A stretch of DNA of 64,000 nt. Origin: the human T2T-CHM13v2.0 reference genome, Homo sapiens. Numbering within the stretch: the stretch's first letter is position 1; every line of letters starts with the position of its first letter. The position numbers and the translations under genes were made by a program. Positions 14,969 through 34,242 of this stretch are shown here, one piece after another. The notes under the pieces are model-generated. The model ran no database searches, had not been told where the DNA came from, and worked only from the letters and a program-made list of their open reading frames with translations. The DNA lies in assembly GCF_009914755.1 (NCBI RefSeq), contig NC_060944.1; one strand, 5' to 3'.

Positions 14969-15436
14969 GTCAGTGTGGCCTGACCCTTGTACCCCCACCC
15001 CCACATTTCGCCCCCATGGCCAGAGCAGGGGAACAGCACAAGGGCCCTGGCTGAGGAGGCTGGCACAGAGTAGATGACCTACTGGGGCACCAGCGCAACA
15101 GCCAGAGACTCCAAGTTCTAGTGCAGGGTGGAGAATATGACTTGAGGAAGGAGGGTAGGGCAGTCCTCCAAGATTAGGAGTTGGGAGACCCTGCTATGAA
15201 GCCAAAAGACTGGGTCAAGTGCTGGCCATGTATTTTTGCAGCCTTCGGACCCTTCTAGCTGGAGGTCAGGATTCAGGACATACTGGAGTTGTTGGCTCCT
15301 GGAGAGCCCCAGCTCTACCCCATTCAGAATTAGGATTTAGACCCTGAAGGAAGAGCCCCTGCCTGTGTTGCCCCTCCCTATCTGCTCCCACAAGGCAGGC
15401 TGGCCATCCCTATAACCCCCTGCTCTCTGGCTACAG

Positions 15437-15572
15437 TGCAGGTGTAGGGCGTACAGGTACCTTTGTCGTCATTGATGCCATGCTGGACATGATGCATACA
15501 GAACGGAAGGTGGACGTGTATGGCTTTGTGAGCCGGATCCGGGCACAGCGCTGCCAGATGGTGCAAACCGAT
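15437..15572 (+). CDS. PTPRA: PTPRA coding exon, D1 catalytic signature (SAGVGRTG...MVQTD)
   Basis: tacag/T...GAT/gtgagt; 136 nt; completes [10 protein letters not shown] across the splice junction. Confidence 0.97.
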
Positions 15573-15687
15573 GTGAGTGATCTGTGGGTCAGGTGAGGGT
15601 GGGGGGTTCCAGGACTAAAACATCTGCCCACATTGAGGATTCACTCAGTCTCACAGGTTATTGTAAATGATTACTATAGAGTGTGAT

Positions 15688-16643
15688 TGTGGGGGAAAGA
15701 AAGATAGATCACACTGTTACCGTGTCTATGTAGAAAAAGGAAGACACGAGAAACTCCATTTTGTTCTGTACTAAGAAAAATTCTTCTGCCTTGAGATGCT
15801 GTTAATCTGTAACCCTAGCCCCAACCCTGTGCTCGCAGAAACATGTGCTGTATTGACTCAAGGTTTAATGGATTTAGGGCTGTGCAGGATGTGCTTTGTT
15901 AAAAATGTGTTTGCAGGCAGTATGCTTGGTAAAAGTCATCGCCGTTCTCCAGTCTCAAGCACCCAGGGACACAATGCACTGCGGAAGGCCGCAGGGACCT
16001 CTGCCCAAGAAAGCCTGGGTGTTGTCCAAAGTTTCTCCCCACTGAGATAGCCTGAGATATGCCCTCGTGGGAAGGGAAGGGTCTGTGCTGAGGAGGATTA
16101 GTGAAAGAGGAAGGCTTCTTTGGAGTTAAGATAAGAGGAAGGCATCTGTCTCCTGCTCGTCCCTGGGAATGGAATGTCTTGGTGTAAAACCCGATCGTAC
16201 ATTCTATTTACTGAGATAGGAGAAAACCGCCTTATGGCTGGAGGTGAGATATGCTGGCGGCAATACTGCTCTTTACTGCACTGAGATGTTTGTGTAAAGT
16301 CAGACATAAATCTGGCCTACGTGCACATCAAGGCACAGCACCTTTCCTTAAACTTATTTATGACACAGAGTCCTTTGCTCACATGTTTTTCTGCTGACCC
16401 TCTGCCCACCATTACCCTATAGTCCTGCCACATCCCCTTAGCCGAGATAGTAGAGATAGTGATCAATAAATACTGAGGGAACTCAGAGACGAGTGCTGGC
16501 GCATGTCCTCCGTATGCTGAGCACCGGTCCCCTGGCCCACTGTTCTTTCTCTATACTTTGTCTCTGTGTCTTCTTTCTTTCCTCAGTCTCTCGTCCCACC
16601 TGACGAGAAACATCCACAGGTGTGGAGGGGCTAGCCCCTTTCA
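15688..16643 (+). mobile_element. HERV-K (HML-2) solo LTR, LTR5A/B-like, sense orientation in a PTPRA intron
   Basis: TG...CA termini; 956 bp; 6-bp TSD tgtgat (15682-15687 and 16644-16649); LTR5-type start tgtgggggaaagaaag; AATAAA at 16465-16470. Confidence 0.93.
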
Positions 16644-17219
16644 TGTGATGAAGGGCTCTTATAAATTATGTATTCAAAGAAATCGAGCACAGAGGAGGTT
16701 GTGGTTTCATGCCTGGGAGAGTCAGGAAGGCAGATGACAGGTTACTGGACTTCAAAGATTAGGGAACAGGCAGCTGAAAGAGCCAGTGCCCAGAGACATG
16801 ATGAAGCTCGGCCACATCTGGGAGCAGCAGTGAGATTGGCTCTGCAGTTGGGGCATAGCACCAGGAGGGAGGCAGGGACCAGACTATCACGGGCTTTGGG
16901 TGTCTCCAGTTTCTGACAGCCCCTTCAGACTATTAAATCTGCACTCTCAGAATGAACAGGAATTGAGTTTGTCCTTCTCTCCAGGCGTCCACCACCCCCA
17001 AGATAGACCTGGACCCTTCTTCCCAAGTAAAGCACCCCCACAGGGACTCCTGCATTTCAAGTCCCACTTCACTAAATTGGGATAATAAGAGGGAGTCCTT
17101 TTATTCCTGCTAGGATCAAAGGAGAAATGGACTGGAGTGAAGTGGGGGTGGGAACAGGTGATCTGGCATGAGAACTATGTTGTATGTAACCAAGAACTTC
17201 TGTGTCATTCATGTTTCAG

Positions 17220-17369
17220 ATGCAGTATGTCTTCATATACCAAGCCCTTCTGGAGCATTATCTCTATGGAGATACAGAACTGGAAGTGACCTCTCTAGAA
17301 ACCCACCTGCAGAAAATTTACAACAAAATCCCAGGGACCAGCAACAATGGATTAGAGGAGGAGTTTAAG
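17220..17369 (+). CDS. PTPRA: PTPRA coding exon, end of D1 and linker ([17 protein letters not shown]...EEEFK)
   Basis: ttcag/ATG...AAG/gtgagt; 150 nt; QYxF motif. Confidence 0.97.
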
Positions 17370-17634
17370 GTGAGTTGGAGCTGGATAACCTCCTTCAGAT
17401 TGAAGGATCCTTGTAATCTGGGGAACATGGGATGCCTGACTGTGCATTTGCCAACAGTAAATCCCCTTGTGAGGCATGCCAGTGGTTAAGGAGATGGTCC
17501 TTTCCTCGTACTCTGGTAACTCTCAACTCATCCTGCACGTTGGAATCACTTTGGTTGTGTTAGAGTAGGGAGAAGCAGGCAACAGTATTTTAAGGCCCCT
17601 AGCCCTCCGAGGTGATTATGATACACAGCAAGAG

Positions 17635-17830
17635 CAGTTTTTTCTGTAAGAGCCAGATAATAAATATTTTAGGCTTTGCAGCCCACATGGTTTCTATCCA
17701 GCTACTTAGTGCTGTCTTTGTAACACAAAGGCAGCCATAACCAATAGGTAAATATAATGAGTGTGGCTGTTTTATAAAACTTTATTTGCAGGCAGCAGGC
17801 AGCAGGCCAGATTTGGCCTCTGGACCTTAG
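17635..17830 (-). mobile_element. MER58-like hAT DNA transposon
   Basis: Reverse match to the recalled MER58A consensus (aaatattttaggctttgc...ataaaactttatttgca...ggccagatttggcc). Confidence 0.7.
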
Positions 17831-17920
17831 ATCACTGATAGCTCCTATATGCCACTAGACAATGGTTCTCAACACACCTAAGGCATATGTCACACTGTCA
17901 TCAGTAAAAGTGCTCTCCCA

Positions 17921-18984
<1,064 letters not shown>

Positions 18985-19434
18985 TGAGATTCTGCATTTC
19001 TAATAAGGTGAAGCCAACGCTGCTGGTGTATGGGCTACACTTTGAGTAGCAAATGTCAAGAAGGAGCCTCAATCGGGAAGGGAGGATGCAATTCTGAATA
19101 AGTTTTTTTGAAGAGCCTTAGGCAGCCTCTGGGGGTGGAACTGCAGAGTGGACACACTCCCTCCTACGATGCTGGAATCCCTTGCTCCAGGATCACAAAA
19201 TTCCAAGCCAGGAGAATCTCAAGAGAGTCCACAGGAGCCTGGAAGGTAGCATTTCCCAAACAGTCTCTTGGCTTCAGGGTTCCAGCTGAACATATGGGAA
19301 CAGAGGTCAGGGCCCTGGTGAGAAGAGCAGTATGGAGCCAGAGTGGCCTGGAGGTGCAGGCCAAGGGACAGGCATAATCTTGTCAAGTTCAGTTACTGGG
19401 ATCAGTAATGTTTCCCCTCCCCTTCCCAATTCAG

Positions 19435-19528
19435 AAGTTAACATCAATCAAAATCCAGAATGACAAGATGCGGACTGGAAACCTTCCAGCCAACATGAAG
19501 AAGAACCGTGTTTTACAGATCATTCCAT
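19435..19528 (+). CDS. PTPRA: PTPRA coding exon, D2 ([31 protein letters not shown])
   Basis: ttcag/AAG...CCAT/gtaaga; 94 nt; KNRV variant of KNRY. Confidence 0.96.
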
Positions 19529-19868
19529 GTAAGAGCCCTCCCGCCACTCCAAAGCCTTATTGCCCCATCCCTCAATTCCCTCCACCCCTTCCATTTCTCA
19601 GGTACTAGTTAATGATTGGCGTATAGACAAGAATCATGGCATTGCCTCTTGTTGCACCCACTTAACAACATGGCGTTGCCTTTTGTTGCACCTTAGTGGC
19701 TTCTGGAAATAACGTAAAAGCCAAAGGCTTTCTCCCTAATGAGCTAGGAACAGACATGTCCTTGCCCAGCTGGGATTCTGTCTGCCCAGGGCCTGAGGTG
19801 GGAGCAATGCAAGGAGAGGGAGAGGACAAATGATATTGGCTAGCCATAAGCCGCTATTCTTCTTACAG

Positions 19869-19945
19869 ATGAATTCAACAGAGTGATCATTCCAGTTAAG
19901 CGGGGCGAAGAGAATACAGACTATGTGAACGCATCCTTTATTGAT
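19869..19945 (+). CDS. PTPRA: PTPRA coding exon, D2 ([26 protein letters not shown])
   Basis: tacag/AT...GAT/gtaagt; 77 nt; DYVNAS motif. Confidence 0.97.
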
Positions 19946-20454
19946 GTAAGTGGTGGGTGTGACCCCTGAGCCCCCAACACCCCGTGGAGATTCAGCCAGC
20001 ACTTGCAGTGCCTCCCTCCCATACCTGCTGGGGAGGATCATGTTTGAATCAGTCAACAAATAGTGAATTGATACTCACCCACCCACTCACCCTGTGCATT
20101 AGGTCTGTCCAGCTCCATAGAGCAGAAGGTGGGGGAAAACAGATGGCATGCAGTAGTATAATACCTGGAAGAAAAAGTTCACAGAGCAGACCACAGCCAA
20201 GAGGAACCTGGCTGCCCCCTGATCTTTCCCATTCCTGCCCTCTTCATCCTAGCTCTAATCCCTGTTCCACTTCCCTGTCTCTTACAGAAAGCAACCAGCT
20301 TGTCAGATAGGGTTTCGTCCTTGGCCACAGGGGAGCTCTGCATGGGCTGAGTTTGCCTCCGAGCAGTCCCCATTCCCTTCTAGTGGTCTGTCTTCTCCAC
20401 TAGTCCCTCTGTGATTAAACCATCTCACCCTTGCAATTAACCTGGCCTGTGCAG

Positions 20455-20589
20455 GGCTACCGGCAGAAGGACTCCTATATCGCCAGCCAGGGCCCTCTTC
20501 TCCACACAATTGAGGACTTCTGGCGAATGATCTGGGAGTGGAAATCCTGCTCTATCGTGATGCTAACAGAACTGGAGGAGAGAGGCCAG
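20455..20589 (+). CDS. PTPRA: PTPRA coding exon, D2 ([14 protein letters not shown]...DFWRMIWE...EERGQ)
   Basis: gtgcag/GGC...CAG/gtgagt; 135 nt. Confidence 0.97.
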
Positions 20590-21864
20590 GTGAGTTCAAA
20601 AGGTCCTGGGTGGTGAGAGACAGAGACAGCATGAAAAGATGTGTGTGTAAATGGGGACGTTGGGAAGGCAAGAAGGTGTTTGGACCTTGTCTTTGACTTA
20701 TACGGTCCAAAGAGTACGTTTGCATAGTATAAGTACATACTTAAAGGTATATAAATACATATGCATTTCCAGGATTGCCCAGCCCGTTGGTGTCTAAGCA
20801 GTCATTAGCTTCTCCCAAGACTAGAAAAGCAATGTGATCTGAGCCTCCATGTTATTCCCAGACAGCTCACACCCTTGCACTTTCTCCTGAATACAGTCCC
20901 CCTAGCCTAGCCTTTGCACAGTGCCCCAGGCGGGGGGGGCACCCTCTCCTTCCCAGTGCCCCAGGCAGGGCAGATAGGTCAAGGTTCTGAGGTGGACCCA
21001 ATATGAGTGTCCCTAAGAAGGGATTGCCTCATTGCTGACTACATAAAATAAAGCAGTAGAATTTGAGAAATTATACAAACAAGAAACTTACAGTCTAATA
21101 TTCAGTAATAAGGAAATCTTTTAAAGAAAAAAGCCCTCAGGTCTATTAAAAAGCAGAGCTGTCCGGAAACTCATACTAAAAAGGGACACTAGCAGTCCCC
21201 TAGGTCAACTTCCTCTCAGTATAGGAAACCTCCTAATATTGTTCCTGAGTCAGAATCATACAGCCTCTACTAAGCACATTCAATCTCAGGGATATCTCCC
21301 TCACCCCCCACATTATGGGGGGACCCAGTCTGTGTTCTGACAATGCTTATTCTTTTAAAAATTATTTCTGTTGAGGTTGCACATTGCAGCAAATGAGCGG
21401 TTCACTATGTCTGGGGTGTCACTTAGCAGGGATGAGAATCTAGAGAATGGGCCTGGAGAGAAGCTAGCAAGGCCTGGTGAGAAAATTCCTTCTAAGCCAC
21501 AGTGAAGAGTTTGGTCTTCCTAAAGCAATTGAAGAGCCCTTGACAACATCCCATTTGTGTTTTTTAAAAAATCCCTCTGGCAGCAGTGAGAAGGACTCAT
21601 TAGAAATGCGAAAGCTGTGGCAGTAATGCTGGTGGCCTGGACTCGGGTGGTGAGAGGGTGCTGTCCCAGAAAGGGTGAAGTGAGGAGGAATTAAGGATGG
21701 CACCCACTCATGACTCATTGAATTTATAGTCAAACATTTAAAATACAAAGTATGTTTTACATTAGTTGTCTCAAGTCACTAGTTGTTCCCCATCTGTACT
21801 TGTGTTAACTTTGGTACAAGGCTTTACACATATTTTCTCACCCTGATGTTTCATTACATCAGGA

Positions 21865-27031
<5,167 letters not shown>

Positions 27032-28330
27032 TGAGACTCTTAGTGTTGATACCTAGTCCCTAGACTTGATATGTATTTCTGTCTGAGAGATCATGCTCAA
27101 TTCCTCCAGCACACACACACTGTGGCTCACACCCATGGGGACCTTATGGTTCTGATGGTTTTAAAGGCCCAGTCTTCATCCCAGCTGAGACACTGTGTAA
27201 AGCAGTGTTGAGAAGGCACTGTGGTAGCAAAATCCATTCCACCCACCAGTGCCATAAAAACTAATATAATGCCTGATCGAGGTGAGCCTTAATGAGAATT
27301 TTTTTTTTTTTTTGGCTGTTCTGGTTGAAGAGAGGCCCAGGGCACCGATCCCTGAGGCATCCCCAGGGCTTCTAGAGAACATGGGTGGAAAAGCACTAGT
27401 CCAGGGCATGTTCTTGATTCAACACTTTAATAATCATGATTTTATTTGGACTGTGAGACTATTCACAATTTCTTTTTCTACTTAATTTTTTTCCAAATCT
27501 TTCAATGACATTATATGTATGGTTGAGAATTTTTCAATTGCCAGTAGTGAAGAATCTCAGATCTTACCCCCAAATTCTCTAAAGAAATGGGCAGCATAAC
27601 TGTGTGATGTTATATTTATGTATTTATGCCTTGGCTTGTTCTGCAGACATTGAACAAATTCATTTACCAGATACTGAGAGCCTACCATGTGCCAGGCATT
27701 GTGCAAGGTGTGGGGAATACAGAGATGAAAAGAGACGCAGCCACTCCCACAAGGAGCTGTAGAGGGAAGTGAGCCAGGTGCAAGCAAAGACAGACAGTAG
27801 ACCACCTCCTGCTCACTAGCAAGGACAGAAAGGCGAGTGCTAGCAACTTGAAGGTACCTTGCAGATCAAAGAGATAAAGGTAAAAGGGAGAAAGGATACT
27901 GTGGCCTGGGCGGTGGTGAAGCCCATGGCTGTGTGGGAATGTGAATTGGTTCTGATTTTCTGAATTAGCAGTCTGGCGGATGTAAGCAGCATTAAATATG
28001 AAAACACCCCATGGGAGAAAAAGAAAGGAATTGGAACAAAGATTTTCACTCGTCCTCCTCTCCCTGCAGCCACCAAGTATTGGATACCCTGTGAGCCTGT
28101 AGTCAGAGTCCTTTACAGACCCCGGCAGTGTTTTAGATGGTCTCTGGTGAGGATCGGAGGTTAATTGGAATGATGTGATATAATGATCCTGCAAGTTTTC
28201 AATACCTTGGGGACGAAGCGTATCAGCGTAAGAGGTGGCTGTACTGAGAGGGGTCAGGCTGCTCGTGGGCAGTGCTGCTTCTACACATGTGGTACTCTGA
28301 GCTCCTCACCTCTCCAACCTGTCTCTCCAG

Positions 28331-28456
28331 GAGAAGTGTGCCCAGTACTGGCCATCTGATGGACTGGTGTCCTATGGAGATATTACAGTGGAACTGAAGA
28401 AGGAGGAGGAATGTGAGAGCTACACCGTCCGAGACCTCCTGGTCACCAACACCAGG
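28331..28456 (+). CDS. PTPRA: PTPRA coding exon, D2 ([11 protein letters not shown]...VTNTR)
   Basis: ctccag/GAG...AGG/gtaaga; 126 nt; KCAQYWP. Confidence 0.97.
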
Positions 28457-28535
28457 GTAAGATGGGTCGTGGGTGGACTCTGCCCACAGGAAAAGCAGGG
28501 TTACCCCTGCCTCCCTGATCCCCTTTTTTCCAAAG

Positions 28536-28687
28536 GAGAATAAGAGCCGGCAGATCCGGCAGTTCCACTTCCATGGCTGGCCTGAAGTGGGCATCCCCAG
28601 TGACGGAAAGGGCATGATCAGCATCATCGCCGCCGTGCAGAAGCAGCAGCAGCAGTCAGGGAACCACCCCATCACCGTGCACTGCAG
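28536..28687 (+). CDS. PTPRA: PTPRA coding exon, D2 ([21 protein letters not shown]...ITVHC)
   Basis: caaag/GAG...TGCAG/gtatgg; 152 nt; follows a 79-nt intron; WPE variant of the WPD loop. Confidence 0.96.
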
Positions 28688-29899
28688 GTATGGCTCACCC
28701 TTGCCCTCAGCGGGAGAGAGAAAGCGAGGAGGGGCAGATAGGGGAAGCTGATGACCATGGGTCAGACTGAAGAAAGCCATACAAGAGCAAGATATTGGTG
28801 AGCACATAGTAGTTGAGATTGATGCCAAGACAGGATTGGATGCTAAGAGAGAGGACCTTGGAGCTTGAACTTGGCACAATAAGTGCTAGGGGACTAATGT
28901 TCAGATAGTGGGCAGGAGAGCAGCAGGGGAGACTGGCAGTGGAGACCCCGGTTGTGCTATGAACAGAGGGTGAAAGAGAAGAGGAGTCAAGGGTGTCTCC
29001 CAGGTTTGAGCCTGGGTTGGTGTGACCAGCAGAAGAGAGACAGTAAAGAGGTTTGTTTGAGGGGAAAAGTTGAATTTTGTATGGGGCATGTTGCTGGAGG
29101 TTACGTTTTAGAAAAAATGCACTCCTTTACTTAGAATCCTAACAACAGCTTACAAGGCCCAATATGTTCTGAGGGGTCCCTGGCCAGGGCCGGGAGAGGA
29201 TGGTGTGCACCATGGGCTGGCTCTGAGCACACTCCTGCCATGGGCCTGAGATGCCAGTTTCCCAGGCAGCCACAGGGCTTTGCCCAAGCCTTCCCTGAGT
29301 ACCCTGCCAGAACTCCCACTCCTCTTTTCTCTTTCCTTACCACACATCTTCTTGTCTGGGGACATTGCTAAACCCCACAGTCCCTGCCTCAGAGTAGGCA
29401 CTCAGTGTCTGGTGAGTGAATCAGCTGATGACATTGAATAGGGGGATATTGTCAAGGTCAGAGTCTGGATTCCGTGGATTTGGGAAGAAAGTGAAAGACA
29501 TGGAAAGGAATCAGCAGATACACACCAGTGTAGGGAGTGGGGTTTGTCAGAAAAAGGGAAAGACAGGACTAGAGCTAGTTCTAACTGAGCGAACAGCAGG
29601 TCAGAACAACCTAGGCCAGCATGTGCAGGTGGACAGCAATGGCTCTGTGCTGGTGGGGTGTGAGTGAAGGTCGTCCCCCACGGTCCAACAGGTGAGTCCC
29701 TCCACAGCACATGGGGCCATGCAGGAAGGGCACAGGGTACACTGCCTCCCGACCCAGAACCCCTCCAGGCTGGTGGGTCCACAGGGCAAAGGCGAGCACC
29801 AGCTGCCTGCCCCCACCTCTTCTGCCACTCACCACTGTCACTCACCCCCTTGCACAGAGGGCCATCACAGGTGTGGTAAATGTGTCTGCTCTGTTGCAG

Positions 29900-30035
29900 C
29901 GCCGGGGCAGGAAGGACGGGGACCTTCTGTGCCCTGAGCACCGTCCTGGAGCGTGTGAAAGCAGAGGGGATTTTGGATGTCTTCCAGACTGTCAAGAGCC
30001 TGCGGCTACAGAGGCCACACATGGTCCAGACACTG
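29900..30035 (+). CDS. PTPRA: PTPRA coding exon, D2 signature (SAGAGRTG...MVQTL)
   Basis: ttgcag/C...CTG/gtatgc; 136 nt. Confidence 0.97.
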
Positions 30036-30804
30036 GTATGCTGCCCACATATTTGTCCCTGCCACCACACCACCTGCAGCCCTTCTCTCAGGGAGGAGGC
30101 TCTTCAGAGGGGCCCACCCAGTAGTCAGAAGACTGTCTAAACACAGACCTGCCCTTGCCCTCCCAAGGTGCCCCAAATACACAGGAAACATTGGGAGGCA
30201 GGATGGCAGCAATGGGAGCATAGCCCCTGTTGCCAGAGGTTGGGCCAGGTTAGAAGGGGTGTCTGGGTGCCCCACAGGGCTCATCTGTACTTCTCTGTGG
30301 GTCTTGGGTAAGGAAGATCCATGAAGAGTACCTGCCTTTGGGCTTGGGCTCCCTGTTAAGAGGTCTGACTTTAATAAGCCGCACATCCACAGAGGTTTTC
30401 CTGAATCCCATGGAGCTAGAAATGTTTGGGGGGTAAAGAAAAGTGAATGTTAGGAGGTTTGGGAGACGAGGTTCTGAGAGCCAGGGTGCATGCTAGCCTG
30501 GCAGCCATGGTAAGCGTGGGCCATGCTCAGCTGCACTGTCTCCCAGCCCAGCACATGCCTGTCTGACCTCTGTGGGGCCTGGGTCAGCTCTGGTCAGCTC
30601 TGCTTGTAGAAGGTCTGCTGCATTCAGCCCGGAAGGGGAATGCTGTCAGAACTCTGGCAGGCAGATCAGAGCTCAGGTGAAAGTTCAAAAACATTCAGTT
30701 CCTCTTGATTTTCCATCTTCAACAAAAAAATGAGTCTGTTAGGAATTACAGGTACTGTGTGTTCTTCAGTAACCCTGACTTTTTCCCTACCTTTCACTCT
30801 CCAG

Positions 30805-30879
30805 GAACAGTATGAGTTCTGCTACAAGGTGGTGCAGGAGTATATTGATGCATTCTCAGATTATGCCAACTTCAAGTAA
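30805..30879 (+). CDS. PTPRA: PTPRA last coding exon ([24 protein letters not shown])
   Basis: ctccag/GAA...TAA; the C-terminal DYANFK carries the Grb2/Src-regulatory tyrosine typical of PTP-alpha. Confidence 0.97.
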   Translation, partial: EQYEFCYKVVQEYIDAFSDYANFK

Positions 30880-31393
30880 GCGGCAACAAGGGTCCGTGGA
30901 CCAGGAGGATTGCCTTTAATATTTTGTAATATTCTGTTTTGTTAATATACCCCAAATTGTGTATATATCTTATAACTGTTTTAGAAATTGGTACATAGGC
31001 TTCTATTACCTATTAGGTGGAAATTTTATATGTAAATGTGTTAGCACTGATAGTCCTTTTTCCAATGTTTTATTGGGGAATTAAATAGTGTGATGTTTGG
31101 ATTGATATCGTGAAATCCTCAGCCGAGAAATTGGGCTGGATTGTGCTTTGGTTAATACATCTTTCCCTAAAGAAGATAAACACAAAATCCATTCCAGGTA
31201 GCTCGGCACCAACTAAGAAAAAAAGCACAAAGTTCTCAGAGCTCTCGAGGAAAGTGGTTGTCCCCGTACCACCATGCACTGTAAATATCCCTCCCCTCTC
31301 TCCCTGGTCCCCTCCCCCATCCCCACCACTGATATCATGGGGAGTAATAGGACCAGAGCGGTATCTCTGGCACCACACTAGGGACTATCAGGT

Positions 31394-31399
31394 AATAAA
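31394..31399 (+). terminator. PTPRA: PTPRA poly(A) signal (3' UTR about 30880-31420)
   Basis: First AATAAA I can see after the stop codon, about 515 nt downstream, followed by U/GU-rich sequence. Confidence 0.8.
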
Positions 31400-33634
31400 A
31401 GCTTTGACTCCCTGAGGAAATGTCTCTCCCTTTGTCTGGGGGTGGGGCAGCCATACAGGCTGGGGCTCTCCTCGGCTGTTCATGGCCCTCCTGTTGCTGT
31501 TCTCTCTGAGTTATCTGAGAGAGGCCACAGTCCCCCAGCTCCTCCTGTCCACCAAACACAGCCCTTCCAGTTCTTAGGTGATCTCCAGGACCCTCCTTTC
31601 ATTCCCAGCACATCTTTGGTTTAGTGGTCCTGGCCAGCCTCCCTCCCTAGGAAGGTGGCCAGGTCCTCACTGAGTCTCCTTAAGGACAGGGGCACAGGGG
31701 AGACTAGAGCTGGCTCAGCTTTGGGCTGAGGCCAGTCTGACCTCTCCAGTCTGTGGTGCTTTGCTACAAAACTGTCTGGATTGTGTCACCCTATCTAGGA
31801 TAAATCTTTATGTCCACATATATTGTGTTGAATTGTTCCCATTTTCTTTCATACGTGTCCTCATTTCTGGGACAGTGTGAATGTTTCTCAGATCTAGAAG
31901 TCAGATGGTGGGAGTCTTAGATCCGAACTTGGTTTTGAGTGACATGTTAGACAAAAGTGTTGAACTTTTGTTTCTTAAAGAAGCTGGATGTTCATTTATG
32001 TCTCCCGTAACAGTCTGTGCTGTCCAGAGACCCAGTATCCTTAGGATATTATTCTCATCCTCATGGTTGAAGCTGGGTCACTGCCATGTCCATAATCCAC
32101 CCTGAGGAAAGAGCATGGAGAGCCAGCAGCTTCATTTCTAAGGACAGGAAGCCAAATCTGCACTTTTCACTTCCACTCATAATCCACCCCGCATTCCACT
32201 CATCAGCTTCACAAGTAGGTTTTCACCTGGTCATAGCTATGCCTAACTACAGGGAGTGCTGGGGAAGTGTGATCTTTTGTTGGGGGCACACTGGGAGAGT
32301 GGGTCTGTCCACTGCCTCCCAGCCTCAGAGCAGCTCACCACAGGAGCAGGAGAGTGAACTCGTGGCTGTGGCTGTCAGGCAGGGCCTTTCTTGAGAGCCA
32401 GCGCAGGCCTGGGCTCCTCAGAGGCTTCTGGAGTGAGAGATGGCACCTCAGCCTGGCCCATGGAGGCATGTTCAGGGATCAGCACTACTGTGCTTCTTGG
32501 AGGAGGTGGGACTTGAGCTGGACCCATGGGAGGCTGGAAATTTAGATGAGTGAAAAGGAGGAAAGGCGAAGTAGAGCCACATTACAGAGGGCCTCAGAGT
32601 CCAGATAAAGCAGTTAACATGTAGTGGCTCCAGGAGGGAAGCCTGTCTGTGCACCACATACCCAGGATGTTTGTGGGAAGGAAGGAGATGTGCGGAAGGG
32701 ACCCAGGAGACCTGCAGGAGGCAAGGGCTGCAACAGACCCCCTCTGGAAGTTTACAGGAGGTGAGTGTGAGTCATTAGAGACATTCAGTTCTGTAGGAAC
32801 TAACGAACTCCCAAGAGGCAGTAAACTTAAAACTCAGCAGTCTCGATAAGTATGGATAAATTAGGCAAAGACAGATTCTGAGGAATTTCTGGTGAGGGGT
32901 GCCAAGTTTGGGGAGCAGCCCCTGGCTCCTTGCAAGCTACCCTTCAGTGCTCTGTGTGACCAAGTCCAAGTCGATGCAGGAGGGCAGGCACTGGGTCAGC
33001 AAGCCACTCAGTGAATGTGCAGGTGAGGCCGTTCATAGGCGCTTGTGTGCCTCCCAGCAGGCTGCCTGCCATTGCCAGGGCTGGCCTTCAGCAGGGTGCG
33101 CCACCATGGCCTGAGTGGTTTTCTGCTGAAGTCCGTGCTGATTTGGCCAGTGGATAGGCATCACCTGGGTGCAAAACCATTGTCTCCAGGTAGGAATGAC
33201 CTCAGCTGTTTGCTCCGTGTCTCGCTCAGCCTGTAGATGTGTCCCTCATCCCTTCATGCCTCCCTCTTCACTCCTCTTTTACTTTCTACTCGGGGCTTGC
33301 ATGTTTACAAGAGAGGTGAACCCAACAGAAACTAGTATAGGCCAAAAGGAAAATGTGCTGAAGCTCACACAGCACAGTCGTGTGGAAAAGGCAGCAGTGA
33401 CTGCTTCATCCAGTGCCCTTCCCACAGCCAGTCAGTTGCGACCCAAGGGGCTTAGGGTAGGAGTGTTTCTCCATAGGGGAAGAGTAACAGCCTGCACCCA
33501 CCACACACCCAAAGCCCTACATCCTGCCACACTGAGACCTCACTTCATTTGGGCGGGTCCCTCCTGGGTTGCAGTTTCCTTCATTGCTCCCCTGTCCCAA
33601 ATACTCAAGTCTCTCTCATTAAAAATAAAGAGCA

Positions 33635-34242
<608 letters not shown>

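Noticed and set aside
28170-28247. Possible intronic C/D snoRNA (ATGATGT...CTGA about 83 nt before an acceptor)
   Set aside because: Imperfect C box, no terminal stem and no guide complementarity that I can recognise.
28637-28655. CAG run in a PTPRA D2 exon
   Set aside because: Only four consecutive CAG codons; too short to be unstable.
28223-30073. Antisense ORFs of 218 aa and 223 aa
   Set aside because: Partly shadows of PTPRA exons extending into intron sequence; no independent gene signals.
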